Origin: Camelus dromedarius
Taxonomy: Eukaryota
DNA length: 64,000 nt
NCBI RefSeq assembly: GCF_036321535.1
Contig: NC_087437.1
Coordinates: 117,740,001 to 117,804,000, forward strand
Reading direction: 5' to 3'
Shown here piece after piece: positions 28,011 through 41,689 of this stretch. The notes under the pieces were generated by a model that worked only from the letters and a program-made list of their open reading frames with translations, made no database searches and had not been told where the DNA came from. The position numbers and the translations under genes were made by a program. Numbering within the stretch: the first letter of the stretch is position 1; each line of letters begins with the position of its first letter.

Positions 28011-29952
28011 GGCTGGCTGCAGGGAGGTCACCGAAGAGACAGCAGGAAAAGCAACCACAGCTGCCTTTGTCATGGCGACTGGGAAAGCAGCTCGAAAGGC
28101 ATTGCCGGGAAAACAGGGCTACCTTGAGAAGGTTGTCGAGATGGGAAGAGTGGAAAAGTGGGTAAAGGAAGAAGGTTCAGCTCTGAGCCAGCGTTTTCCT
28201 TTCGGAGGCGGCTTATTCTCCCTAAATCTCCAGCATGATGAAATTCCAGGACGTGAGTGCATTGTTTACATAAATATTTAAATAATACTCTGTTTTTGCA
28301 GAAGCCTATGAACACTCATTTCCTACTTGTTTCTGAGCATGCAAAGGACTTTCGGAGACTGGAGTTTTTTTCAGTTCTCCAACTTGCGTGTGGTGAGGAG
28401 GAGAGAGGCATCATTACGCTCATTCTGCAGATGAGAAGCCACGCAGGCTTGCCAAGTGCTGGAAGCGGCTCACCCTCGGACACAGGAGGGCGCAGCTACC
28501 CTGCCACCTGCCCGTGGAAACAATTTTCAAGAACCGACAAGTTCCAGAGTTGAGAAATGGATACACGTCTGTGGTTCAGGAAAAACAGTAAATTTTAACC
28601 TACATCCTTGAAGACCATGTTGACTATGCCTATCAAAAGAGTCATTTTTGCATTTGCTTTGATCCAGCCATCATACGTCTTGGAATTTACATGAAAAATC
28701 ATGCCGGAAATGGTAAGAGATATATCACAAGGGTGTTCACTGCAGTAGTGCTGATGATTATGAAAAATAGAAGATAACCGACTTACTTAACGATATGGGA
28801 TTTGTTTGAAGAAATGCTGGAAGGTATGAACACAAGTTGTAGGAAGCACTTAAGAGATACGGAAGAGTGACACCTATTCCAAGTCCATTGATGAGAGTAA
28901 CTGAGAAGTTGGTGGGGGAGCACCAAGGACGACCCCAGGTGAAGGAGGCATCTGGCCTCTTGCGGAAGCTCCGTCATTTAGGCGCGATCACGTTAGTCTT
29001 GGAGATGGGCAGCTACGGATCTGAGACTAGGCTTCCAGCTTCCCCTCCACAGCAGGGACTGGCTGACGAAGCCCTGATTAGGGGCAGGAGAAGAAAAGCT
29101 AGGTTTGGGGCTGGACACTCTTCTGCCCCTAGAGATGAGCCAGGCCTTGGTTCCTGACCTTTTCTGCCCCAGAGAAGCCCAAGGGCAACCTGCTTCTTCC
29201 TCTCCTGCCGGGAGGAGGGCTGACAGTCAGCAGTCACTGCCTCTGCCTAACCGCTCAGTCCTCCACAAACAGGCTATTGTCACCGCGTAATCATGAGCGG
29301 ACCCCCGTGTTGAAGGGCGTGTGTGTGCGCGCGCGCCTGTCTGTGTGTCTGCGCGGGTGAGTGTGCACGCATGCGTGTGTGCTGAACAAGTTAGTGACAT
29401 CGACATGCTCAGGGTAACTCCTGGTGGTAGGACTGTAAGCTGTTTTGTCTTCAAAATCTTCTAAGTTTTCGACACTGAATATGAAATACTTTGTAACATG
29501 AAAAAGAGCAATACAATTTATTCTAGGAATACTGACATTTCCAGTCAACAAAATAACCAGTGCTACCATCCCCAACTCCCCACACAGAGAATGTTCTTGC
29601 TGCTCCCTAGTTACGCGACACTCCCTCAGCAGGCTGCACAGGGACTCGGACAAGACATACGGTCATGGTTCTCCATGCATCCAGACCAGGCACCATGAGA
29701 ACAGCACAGTTCTTAAATCTCACCAGACTGTTAGCCTCGTATGTCTTTCTTTTAAGTCTTAGCTATGAGAACCTTGGCCTAAGTCCTGTTTGACGAGCAG
29801 CGCCTTCCCAGTAGGAGGCAGAGCGCCGTCTATGTTTCTGATTGGGCATGGAGCTGTGGGGAGCAGCCATCAAAGGTGGGGTCCCGCACTGACCACCTGA
29901 GCCCCACGAGCCAGCTCCCGGCGCCTGGGCCCTGCCTGGCCGGCAGACCCAC

Positions 29953-30120
29953 CTGCCTCGTCCGCAGTGATGGACAGCTCGTTGCTGGGCTCGCTCTTGC
30001 CGATCCGGTTCTTGGCGTACATGCGGATGCTGTAGGTGGAGGAAGGGTGGATATCAATGATGGTGGCCGAGTTCAGCTGAGGGGAAACATCTTTGGTTCT
30101 CTGAGCGGAATCCCAGGAGT
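29953..30120 (-). CDS. DSCAM: DSCAM coding exon (exon 15 equivalent), FN3 domain
   Basis: 168 nt, caaaag|AC...GCA G|gtgggt; (D)[55 protein letters not shown]. Confidence 0.96.
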
Positions 30121-30894
30121 CTTTTGGGTTTTGTTTTTCAAAAAAGAAGAGATAGAGACATGAGTTTTTTCCCTCTGCCTTTGAAAGTTCACAAGTAGGA
30201 ATTTAAAAAAAGAAAGAAAGAAAGAAGGAAAGAAAAAAAGTTACAACTCAAAGCGAATTCTCAAAGCAATGCTCCCAGTGTTCAGGTGGGCTGGCCATCA
30301 GAGGGGGCAGGACACCACACACTCATTATCCATGCGGAGGGGGACAAGTGCTGGGGGCAGCTGAGTTCAGGGAGGGACATCTGAGGCAACACTACAGACC
30401 TCCTGGCAGAGATCTCAGAGGAGAATACAAGCAGGGGATCTCAGGCCAGGAAACTGAAAAACAGCCACTTCTGAGCACTCATTGTACAAGATAATAAAAG
30501 AAATTACCATTTGAACAGCCCTTCACCCAAAAGGAAAACAAAAAAAAAAAAAACAAAAAAAAACCAAAACCCTTGTTCTAAAAGGTATTTGAAAACCAGC
30601 GACACCTGGAGCAGGTCAGATCCCTTCTTCTCCAAAAGGAGAGCGTTGACAATGAAACACTTACAGAAACTCTAGTCTCAGTCTCCAGCATAAACACTGC
30701 TCATCAGATGAACTTCTCAGTTCTACTTTTTGAAATCATTTAGTCTCAAATCCTTTACTGATTATGTTTTGAAAGAAAGAGATGATGCCAGTGATCAAGA
30801 CTATTAGAATAGGGTTCAAAACGCTGGAGGGTGGATTCCTCAGCCAGAGGTCAAGAGGAGGAGAGAGAAAGAATGTGCTATTTAGAAGGATTTT

Positions 30895-31013
30895 TATTTT
30901 TATTTTTTAGGAGGGAGGTAGTTTGGTTTGTTTATTTATTTTTAGAGGAGGTGCTGGGGACTGAACCCAGGACCTTGTGCATGCTAAGCACTTGAGCTAT
31001 ACCCTCCTCCCTG
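30895..31013 (-). mobile_element. tRNA-derived camelid-type SINE (Vic-1-like) with TSD
   Basis: A-box and B-box remnants on the minus strand (gtatagctcaag, ggttcagtcccc); TSD gaaggatttt at 30885-30894 and 31014-31023. Confidence 0.85.
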
Positions 31014-32174
31014 GAAGGATTTTAAAGAAACTGATTGGAAAAGTCTAGTTAATCCCCAAATGCAGTCTCCCAAGTGGTAAGGCATCAGAGGAAGAATACC
31101 AACGGGGCAGTGAGTGGTGACCCAGGAGGAGAGTGAGGCAGGCACTGAAAATGCTACGTCTGATCTCAGATGCTGACATGCAAACGGGCAGATCGTGGAT
31201 CACAAAGTGTGCTTGAGAATATAACACTGGGAGTGAGAAACAATCACAGAGAGACCCTGACACTTGGCGCGGGGGTGGGGGTGAACCTGCAAATTGAAAT
31301 ACCAATATAACTAGCAAGAATAAGCCATAGACAAGATACAGAAGCTCCTCAGGAGGAGTGAGGCACAGAGAGGTGTGCCTGGAAATCCAAGAGCTAGCGG
31401 ATGCGAGCGTGAATGGGGAGGCTTTGGGTGAAAGGAAGGGCCAGGGGAGGAACGATATGGCTGTGAGGGCTGATCGCCGGTCTCTCTGCTCAGTGGAGGA
31501 AGGCACTGGTGGTTTCTGGATGTGGAGAGTCCATGCAGCACCAAGGGGGGGATTCTAAGTCATGCTGGAAGACGGTTTCCAAGGGCTCCACCCACCGAGG
31601 CGCGGGCTGGGCGAAGGGAGCCTGCAGCAGGCGCTGAGCAAGAGTGGGGGCTTCTCCTTCTCGGGGCCGGAAGGGCCAAAGCGAAGGGACGGTGCTTCTG
31701 GGGTGTTGATGGGGCTGGAACCTCGGAGCAGGAGCCCGACAGAAGCTAGGCACACAGAACCCAGCCTCTTCAGGGCCCTTGTCTGAATCACTCTGAGTCT
31801 GCCCTCAGGGGAACCCAGCTAGAAGTCAGAGGGCAAGACAGCCTGAGTGGTGCGAGCCGTGGGAGGAGACGGTGGGTCTGTGGTGGAAGTCAAGGCGGTG
31901 GTCAGAGAAAAACCAGCAGCAAAGGGAACTCAGGCTTTGCAGGGGCATCTGCTTGCTGGCGCCATGCTGGGCACTTCACAAATGTGACTCCTGCAGCCCC
32001 CAAACCTGTGGGCACATGGCCAACACCTCCGAGCTTTCTGACAACTGCACTTTCAGAGCAACGCAATCAGAGTCTCCTTGGGGAATGGTACCCCCACATC
32101 CGTGCTTTGATGAAGCTCTCTCTCTATGTCGTTCTGATGCACAGCGAGATTTGGACAGATTGCTTTGTTCGATT

Positions 32175-32285
32175 GGATTCTTACAACATCCTGGTGAGGT
32201 GGGGATTTTTATTTTCATTGTGAAGGTCAAGAAACTCAGACCCTGTTACAGAGCTGATCAGAAGCGGGGCTGGGAGTTGACCTCA
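32175..32285 (-). mobile_element. MIR fragment
   Basis: 'ttcttacaacatcctggtgaggtggggatttttattttcatt...aagaaactcagac'. Confidence 0.55.
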
Positions 32286-33819
32286 CCTGTGTTCTCTGCA
32301 TGCCTGGGGCCATCTTCCTGCAGCACGTGACTTCCCCACAGTCTTTGCAGGATGCCCACGGAGACCGGGTTTCAGCCTCCAGGCACCTGCTGAGAGGCTC
32401 ACATCCTTAGAGGAAGACTGGTGCCGGCTTTTGACTTGGCCGATTGACGAGGAGGAGGCAAGAGAGGGAAATGTTGGCCAAGAGTTATGGTAAATACTCT
32501 GGGTTTGTAGGAACCAAGGGTAGGTGAACAGTCAGATTTGTCTCTTGGTTTAGAAAGAAGCTGTCAGAAGCATTTGTTGAAAAAGTAGGTAGGACTCCAT
32601 GTCCCGCCCCAGAGAGACATAGAAGAGAACGGAGCAGTTCAGAACCGCATTCCTGCCTCTGAAATTCCAATGGTCCCCTGTGGGAAAGGACTGGGGAGCC
32701 TATAGGAGCAGTATGGTCACACTGGGTGCTCACTGGCGAGCCCAGCTTGGGGGTCAGACACCTCAAGTCAGACAGACGGCAGATCACCAGGGACAGATGG
32801 AATAGAGGGACGCTGATCTGAAGAAGGGCTGACATAGGCTAGAGTGGGTGCGGGGAACCCAGCGCTCCAGGGACAAAGCTACACAATAGGCAGAAAGAGA
32901 GGAGGCGGCTCCAAGATGGACAAGACTTACTGGCTGACAAACAGGAAGGAGGCATCAGGACGCAGGGAAAGCGCTTTGACTCTGTCTTCCCCTCGGAGAA
33001 GAGCCTTCAGGTGAAGTGGGGATGGGGTCCCGAGAGAGGAGAAGGGGCTTGTGTCAGGGTGCTGAGGTGACCTGAGAGGCCTGGCGGAGAAGGGAAGAGG
33101 CCCCCCAGAGGGGACGGGGGACATGGCAGGCTGCCCTCGGGGGGAAGGACGTGAACGCAGCAGACTGCAGGCTGATGGCCAGCAGTGCGCACGGGGCAGG
33201 ATGCTGGCAGGGGCTGTCGTGGGGGTTCTTGGCGTCACCTGGAGGAGAAGCAGGGGTTGCTAGGATCCAAGTCTGGCAGCCGAGGCAGTCAGCGGGCTGT
33301 GGGCTGCACGAAGAAGGTCGAACATTCCAGATGAGGGGGCAATGGCTCCCTTGCACCTGTGCCTGGTCAGATGGCACGTGGGGTCTTGCCACTGGGCGTG
33401 ATCAGAGAGAGATGGCCAGGAGACGTCATAGGAGATACGAGCAAAGAAACTTGGGATATTTTCTTTTTCTTGGTAAATAGAAAGCCAAGGAGTGTCATCT
33501 GTTTTCAGATCCTGGGAGGGATGTAATTTGACCACAGGGGTGGGAAGAGGGCTGCTGGATATAGGAAGGTCTCTTTTGGTGCAAGAAATGTAAGAACTTC
33601 TAACAGTCAAGGCTGGCTCAAGACAGACTTGTCCTTTCTTGGGGCTGATGAGTTTTTGCTGCCCGCCGGTTCAAACATAGACTGAACGATTGCTTGCAGG
33701 GACCCTCTTCATTAGGAATGTGACGTATGGTAATACATTGTATTCTTAACAATTGACAACAAAGTAGAAGGCGGCACCTTTGGGGGGATGATTTCATTGC
33801 CTAAAACACAGGTTGAGAG

Positions 33820-34125
33820 TCAATCAGTCAACAGACGTGTCTTACGAGTCTAGTATGTGTGCTGGTGCTGCAGGGGACGCAGGGACATGGCACAGGGTTC
33901 CTCAGACGTAGTAGCTGCCCTGAGCGGTCACTAGATCCTTCAGAAGGACAAGTACCCAGCAGTGGAGACAGATATTAAATAAACAGTCCCAAGCCCACCA
34001 CATGTTCCAAGGCATACAGGGCATTATATGAGTAGAGAAGGGCCATGTCATAAAAAAAATGGGTGGTCGGGGAAGGCTTCCTGGAGGAGGTGACATTAAA
34101 GCTGTGACTTGAAGGATCAGTTCTC
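33820..34125 (-). mobile_element. L2 3' fragment
   Basis: 'caatcagtcaacagacgtgtctt...ggaaggcttcctggaggaggtgacatt'. Confidence 0.65.
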
Positions 34126-35129
34126 TATGGACTCTGCCTATGAACTGCACTCACTTAAATCATGGCTGGACTGTTTATACATTCAAAACTTATTGAGAGA
34201 GCAACGAACACATGCAAATGCTGACTAACACATTTCCTACAGCAGTGACCAGGATTCCTGCCGCCAGCATCGCCTCCCTGGACTTTCAGACTCAGAATGA
34301 AAGCGATGGAGGCCCTGGAGGGCCCTGGTGGAGACCACAGGCCGTGGAGCTGGGCCTGGCCTGGCCATGGGTTTTCCCCAGCGAGCCTCCTGGCACTCAT
34401 TCTACCCCTCAGACGGCTGGGCCCCAGGGTTGCAAGAATGCAGGGGGCCCTGCGTATGGCTGAAGAGGAGTAGGAAGGATGGAAATACACCCCTTGATTC
34501 TGGCTGTGCCCAGCTTCACAGATGAGGAGCTTTCCTGATTTGGCTGCGTAGAGTCCAATCAGTTTACACATCTGAAAACACGGTTGGCAATAAGGATAAT
34601 TCTCTGATTTGGACCGCGTGTCGACTGAATGCCACAAACACGACAGAGCGCTTCCTTCACGCAGGTGCTGCGCCAGGTGCTGGGGACGCTCAGCAGTAGA
34701 GGTCCTGTCTTTGGGAAACTCCTGGGAAAGCTGGGAGTTTCTGAGGACTCTGAACGGGGCAAATCATTTAAGAAACACAGACAGTTCTAGAGGCCTTTGC
34801 CATGTGAGCGTGCTGGAGTAAGACTAAGAGCCACGCCTGTTAGATGTGTGCCCTGGGCCAGACACGGGGTCAAGTGTGGTGGAAGCACACCCTCCTTAAG
34901 GAGAGCTCGCCAAATATCCACTGAGCGTGGACCCTGCGCTGGTCCCGCTCCAGGTGCCGGGGGGCGGGCTGGGCCCAGGGGCCCAAGAAGCTCCCAGTCT
35001 GTGCAGGGGACACGCTCCTCAACAGTCACAGCTTTGTGACACTGTTCCCCGGCGAGGTCACATTCTTTGGTACCAGGGGCTAGAACTTCAATGTGCATTT
35101 TTGATGGACCGAATCAGCCCAAGGCAACA

Positions 35130-35725
35130 TCACAAAAATGTCAGTCTTCTCTGAAGTCAATGAACACATTTAATGTGGTCCCATTAACAAGAACAGAAAA
35201 TGATTTTATGGAGCTAAACAGGTTGATCCTTCAGTTATGTGTGGAAAACTAAGGAAACATGGAGAAGGAAAAGCTGCGAGGGTGAAACTAGGCCTGTCAG
35301 ATACGAAAACACAAAGCCTGCATGGTTAAAACACTGTGGTACTGGAGCACTGACAGACCAACGGACGGACTGGAACCGCAAACCCAGACACAGGCTGACA
35401 CACAGGGGAAGTCAGTGCGCGACAAAGGCGGCGACGGAAGTCACCGAACAAAGGTGGTTTATAATAAGCAATGCTGGGGCAGCGGGGTCCCATCTGGGGA
35501 AGATGACACTAGATCTATCTCTCCCAGCATACACAAGAATAAATTCCAAACGGACTGGAAATCTAAATTGTGAAAAGAGAGAGAAAGAGAAACAACACAA
35601 AAGGCTGAATTACTTTATGGCCAGAGTGTACAGACTCCTTTTCTAACTTGACTCAAAACCCAGATATAGTAAAAGAAAATAGTGATAAATTTGAAAAAAC
35701 AAACAAACAAAAACAAACAAAAACC
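35130..35725 (+). mobile_element. Degenerate L1M ORF2 fragment
   Basis: 'ttaaaacactgtggtactgg...catacacaagaataaattccaaacggact'. Confidence 0.75.
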
Positions 35726-37545
35726 CCAACAGCCCTGGCTTCAAACTTGGACCAGGGATGTGTCCCTGAGGAGGTGACGTGGGAAGTAGGGCTGAGGAAC
35801 AGGTAGATGTGATCACAGTAACCATGTGGCCCAGGTAAGGGAGGCAGCCTTTGAGAGGCCCTTGTCACAGGGAGACACTGTGCTATCCCATTTCCCAGAG
35901 GAGGAAGGCGAAGGGAGGCAAGAGACAGGGCAGCTGCTGAGCCAGGACGGGCTGGACCCCAGCCCTCCTTGGGGAACCACCGTGTCGTCACTAGCACCTA
36001 GAAATGAGCGATGCCCTAAGACAGGGAGGCACCAAGTTGCTCCCCTGAGAGGTCCCTGGGCTCCAAGACCCAAAGTCCTCTGGTCAGCGCTGGGCCAGAG
36101 AGACTGGCGGGGCCTGCCCCACTCTGGGGACTCCAAGTTCACGCCGCATTTTCATCGCTACTATCAGTTTCCAGGTCGTTCTCTGCAGGAACGTGCCTGC
36201 CTCACCTAAGAACTGCTTCCTTTACTTCAAGACCCAGATCTCAGAACCTGTAGCTCTTTGTTTCCCTCCTGACCTTATTTCTTCAGGGCAAAGGCAGGGC
36301 CTCCTCTCTTCCCTTGGCCCTGGGCGAGCCCGCTGGTCCTGGTTCCTGGAAGAGCCTCATGGGGTCTGCCCTGAGCTTGCTCACCAGGCCCCGGGTCCCT
36401 CCCCTTCACCTGCACCACATGCCACGTTTCCAGGGACCCTGTGACCACAGCCACCGGGCCCCTCTCTGGGAGCTTCCTCAGGTTCTGTGTAAGCGTCACC
36501 TCCCTTCTGGGTCTCTGGTTGCGACTCAAGGGATGCAGCTGAGCCGTCCCGTTTGTCTTTTCTTACCCGTTTCCAATCCACTGCTTATTGCAAGTCTTGG
36601 GCACTGCTGCGAAACCTCTGTTCCTGGTTTGATAGCGGCTGATTTCACCGTCCTGTGCTGCGTTCCTTACCACCACCCGCTCTCCCCAGGGGCCGCCCTC
36701 GGCCCGTCTCGCACCGTTTGCCTTCTCTGCCCCTTGCAGGCTCTCACTGAAATATTTCCTCCCTCCCGACCCGCCTTCCCAGCCACCTTCTGCTTCATTT
36801 TTCACTCCAGCTTCACCTCAAAAGATACTATGTGAGTCCGGACAGTAGGACCTGAAGCTAAGTTCGCTTGGTACCCAGAAAGCGGACACTTGACTTCCAT
36901 GGCCTCTGAGATGTTTGTTAACACTTCACGTGCTGACGGCGCTCGACTTCCTTGTCTCTTTTGTGTAAAAGTCCAGACTAGAAGCCACAGCGGCAGTGGT
37001 ATCCTACCCTCGGCCTGCAGGGTCACAACGTTCAAGGTGGCCTTATCACTGTCACTTTAAGACGATAAATAGACAGGCCTGTCATAGGCCTGACAGCTGG
37101 GTCTGCTTCATTTATGGGGCTGGCCACTTGCCGGCCCTGAGGCGGTACACGAGGGCTCGAGGTGCCATTCGTGCCAAGGGCCAGTCCCTGGACGTCCGGG
37201 AGGGCCCTGCAGAGTCGGTGCCGGCCTTGCAAGACATGGCCCTCCTTTCTCGGCGCCAGAGCCACGGCACAGCTTGGCACTGAACAAAGCTGGCGCTCAG
37301 GGGTTCGGACCCAAAGGAAGCAAAGAGAAGCAGGGGAGGCAGAAAAAACAGTGACGGTGGCCAGGGCTGGTCACAGCAGCCCACGTGCCAATCAGAGGCA
37401 AGAATGCAAAAGTGGCCCACGGGGAACAAGACTGAGGTCCTGCTGGCTCGAAGAGAAAGGAGGCAGAGCTGAGCCGGCGGGGCCATCTCGGCACAGCGAA
37501 GGGAGCGTGGGTGTTCTTCGTGCAAGGAAGGAGGGGCGCTGGTCA

Positions 37546-37821
<276 letters not shown>

Positions 37822-38335
37822 TTAGCTCTGATGCGGCTCAGACATGAGACGCCGGTGGAAATGCGGAGTGCGAGTCCCCAGAGCTTTGTCAGCACTCGGC
37901 ACTGGCAGATGGCTTTTGACCCTGAAGTAATTTTTTCCTAATCCCATTTTAAGACAGAAAAATTTCACTTTTCCAAATCTGCCAATTTTCACAGCATTTA
38001 TAAAGCTGGACCAAACCTGGAGGGTTTAAATGCCACTCTTCTGACTTGGAATCTGTTAACCCAAAGATTATTTTGGCCCCAAATGTTAAACTCCCAACTT
38101 GGATCACCTAGTGTAAGGATCCCCAAAACTGAGCAAGGAAGGTGGCAAGAAAGCCCCGCGGTCCAGCCTGGCCCCTTCATGGGCTTTGCTCTGGGGCTGC
38201 ACCTCGACACGGCCCCAAGGCGAGCGCAACACTGCGGCAGCGCCAACTCTGTGGCTTTCAGGCTTTCCTGAGGGCTTGGGAGGCGCCCGAGCCTGGGCAC
38301 ACACTTACTGCCCGAAAATAGCTGTCTGTCCCCTA

Positions 38336-38449
<114 letters not shown>

Positions 38450-39315
38450 CTACATGTAAAGCAGAAAGAAATCCGTCTTATCCAGTAGAACGGGGTGACG
38501 GAACAACTCAACAGGCTTTGGGCTGTAAAAATCTTCTGTCTGCTTTCACCCTCCTCCCACCCATAATTGCACGCACGCACGCACACACACACACGGACGT
38601 ACACGGACACACAGTTCTAAGAGCAAATGATTTCAGCATCACTGTAAATGTGCAGGTGGATGGGTTCAGTGTACATCATCCATGTCTGTTGCCAGCTCGT
38701 TAAATTAGGTGTGCAGTTTCTGCAGAGTCTCATGGTCAGGTTGATATATATTCCACGCATATTTTTTTTCTCATAGTGAATTTTTAAAGCATCCAAACCA
38801 ACCCTTGTTAAAAAGCACAGATCTTTAAATACTGCAACTGAGGTCTGATCTCCCAGGACTCTGGGATTGGACCCTGGGAGCGAATCAATAGAAGCATTTC
38901 AAACACAAGGTTTTTTTCCCCATGTGTGTTACAGCACCATTTCTCCCCCACGTTAAAGGAGTCACTCAGCTAACTACCACTATAAGAGACTGCAATATTT
39001 TTGTCGAGTTTTTCTAAAGAAGCAAAATATTTTCCTTATCGTATTTTTTATCCCACAGCCCATCTAATTTTTCCTTCTACAGGAAGTTAAAGCAGGTGCC
39101 CAGCATAGGCTGTCATTCCTCCAGGATTAACTGTCATTAAAAGACGCTATTTCTCCCGTCTGTTCTGGTTACAGTTGGACTCCCTGCTACGTTTGTAATA
39201 ATTTTACTCTTCATAACACATTCGATAAAGCACTAGTCTTGCAGGCCACTCAGAAATCCTGTTGGATGAAGGGGGAGAGAGAGTGCTTCTTAAATAAGTT
39301 TCGAAAGATGGTTCA

Positions 39316-39684
<369 letters not shown>

Positions 39685-39984
39685 TCACACTTCGGGGTGG
39701 GGTGGGGGGTGGTTCTTTGAAACAAAATGTAGTCAAGAAACTGCTGAGCAAGAATCATGATCAAAATAATTGGAAGGTGGCAGAAAAATGAAACTGGACT
39801 CCATGAGCCCTCAGCGGGGCTGCCGTGTGCTGTCCTGCTGGAGGGGTGCTGCTCTCTTCCAGTCCCCGAGGAGGGGACACGTGGGTCACAGGGCACAGCC
39901 CACGGTGGCTCCTGAACACACAGGAAAGCGATTTGATTTGCTCATTGGACTGGAAAGGGGGGCTTCCTTAAGAACTGCAAAGAG

Positions 39985-40157
39985 GCAAAGTCCTACTGTG
40001 TCCTACTGTGTAGCACAGGGAGCTATATTCAATAGCTTGCAACAGCCTATAATGGAAAAGAATATGAAAAAGAACTTACACATGTATGACTGAATCACTT
40101 TTGCTGTTCACCAGAAACTAACAGACATTGCAAACCAACCACACTGCAGTTAAAGAG
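39985..40157 (+). mobile_element. L1 3' terminal fragment
   Basis: 'cctactgtgtagcacagggagctatattcaatagc...tgaatcacttttgctgt...ccagaaactaac'. Confidence 0.85.
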
Positions 40158-41689
40158 AAGAACCCCGCTCCTCCTTCTGCGATCGCCCGCACTTCTGACT
40201 CTTCTAACTCCACTTCAAGCAGGGAAGGAACCTTGCTAGTCAACTGGGGTGGCGCCTGGCGGCCGCCAACCAATCCCTGAAGTGACTGCTGCGCGTCCCC
40301 ACCTCCCACAGCTGGCCCAAGCTCTGGCAGTCACGTGGAGACCTCAGACCTACCGTCCTCCCAAAGCTTATGGCAGGCGGGGGATCTCATCCCAGTGCAC
40401 TGAGGGAGCAGGAAGCTTTATTTGGAAAACTTCTCAGTTCTCTCTCTCCATCTCAAAATGCGTCTTTAGACTCCTGGGTGCTATGCTGGAGGCCACACCC
40501 CTATTCCACCAGCCACCAAGAAATGCTGGACAGCGTATAACAAATATCTTAAAAATACCTGCTAATCTTATACGGAAATGAGAGGAAATGCAGGAGCCAG
40601 AAACAGAAGTGGACGCTGAAAGGCCCAGGGTATCACGATGCTGGTGCTCTGACTACCTGAGAGGCCGGGCATTAAAGTGAAACCTGCAGACCAAGCTTCT
40701 CAAAGGGCTCTAACTTCAGAGCGAGCCTATCCCCCAAAATAAGTAAATAAGTAAAACCCACAACGGCAAAGGGAGAAGCAAACTGCCTCGGCTTGTGCTG
40801 TGAATGAAGGGAAAAATGTGTCCCCTGAGAATCTGTAGCTGGTCTGACTCCACATAGGTCTGGAGTCAAATTCATAGTAAAGGATTAATATGATGGTGAA
40901 CCTAGTTTGGTAAAGGGCCTGAGGAACTCAGCGAAAGCAAACAAAAACACACTCTAGCGGGATGGGCCCTCCGTCCAGGCCCTTCGTGATTCTCCTAGAT
41001 GAAGCTCTGCTAAACATGAGCTCACAAACCAAAACTCTAAAACACAGGAGAAAACAATCTACCCTCATTGAGAATCGAAGCCCCAAGGATTTTAGAATCA
41101 CCAGATACAGACCCTAAATTATACATAAAAAGGCAAGATGCTCAAAAATGATGAGAAAGATTTGAAAAAGAACTAAAACAAATCTATAGCTCCTCCTGCT
41201 TTTTACCTCATTTTCCCAATCAACCTCATCTTTCCAAAGACCCTCCCTCATTTCCAAGGTCAAGCTCACACGTTGCTCTTTCTTGCCCACCTCAGAGCCC
41301 TCCAATGTCCTCTGGGCTCTTGACCATAGAAACATTGTCTTCTCCTGAGACTGGCACATCCTGGTCACATCTCCCCCTGGCAGGCCCGAATGGCTGGAGA
41401 CACACCACAACCAGCCAGAGACCTACCAGTTGTGTAGCCGGGACACCCCTGGAAGAGCCTGCACCTTGCAATTTCTCCATAGTCAGCAGCATGCGGCAGA
41501 GAGAATAGCACGTGGGGCAGACAGACAGGGAGCCGAGGAAAAGCAGCATCGTGCATCCCACGTTTTAAAGAAAGCTGCCTCTGACCACTGTGGGCGTATC
41601 CGAGATGCAGCAGAGCCGAGCCTACCATCTCCGACCTTCCCCTGGCCCTTCTTTTCCTCTCGCTTGTTTAAGGAAAACTTTAATCTTAT

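Noticed and set aside
30292..30310. CTCF-like TGGCCATCAGAGGGGGCAG
   Set aside because: Mismatch at a highly conserved core position; too weak to call.
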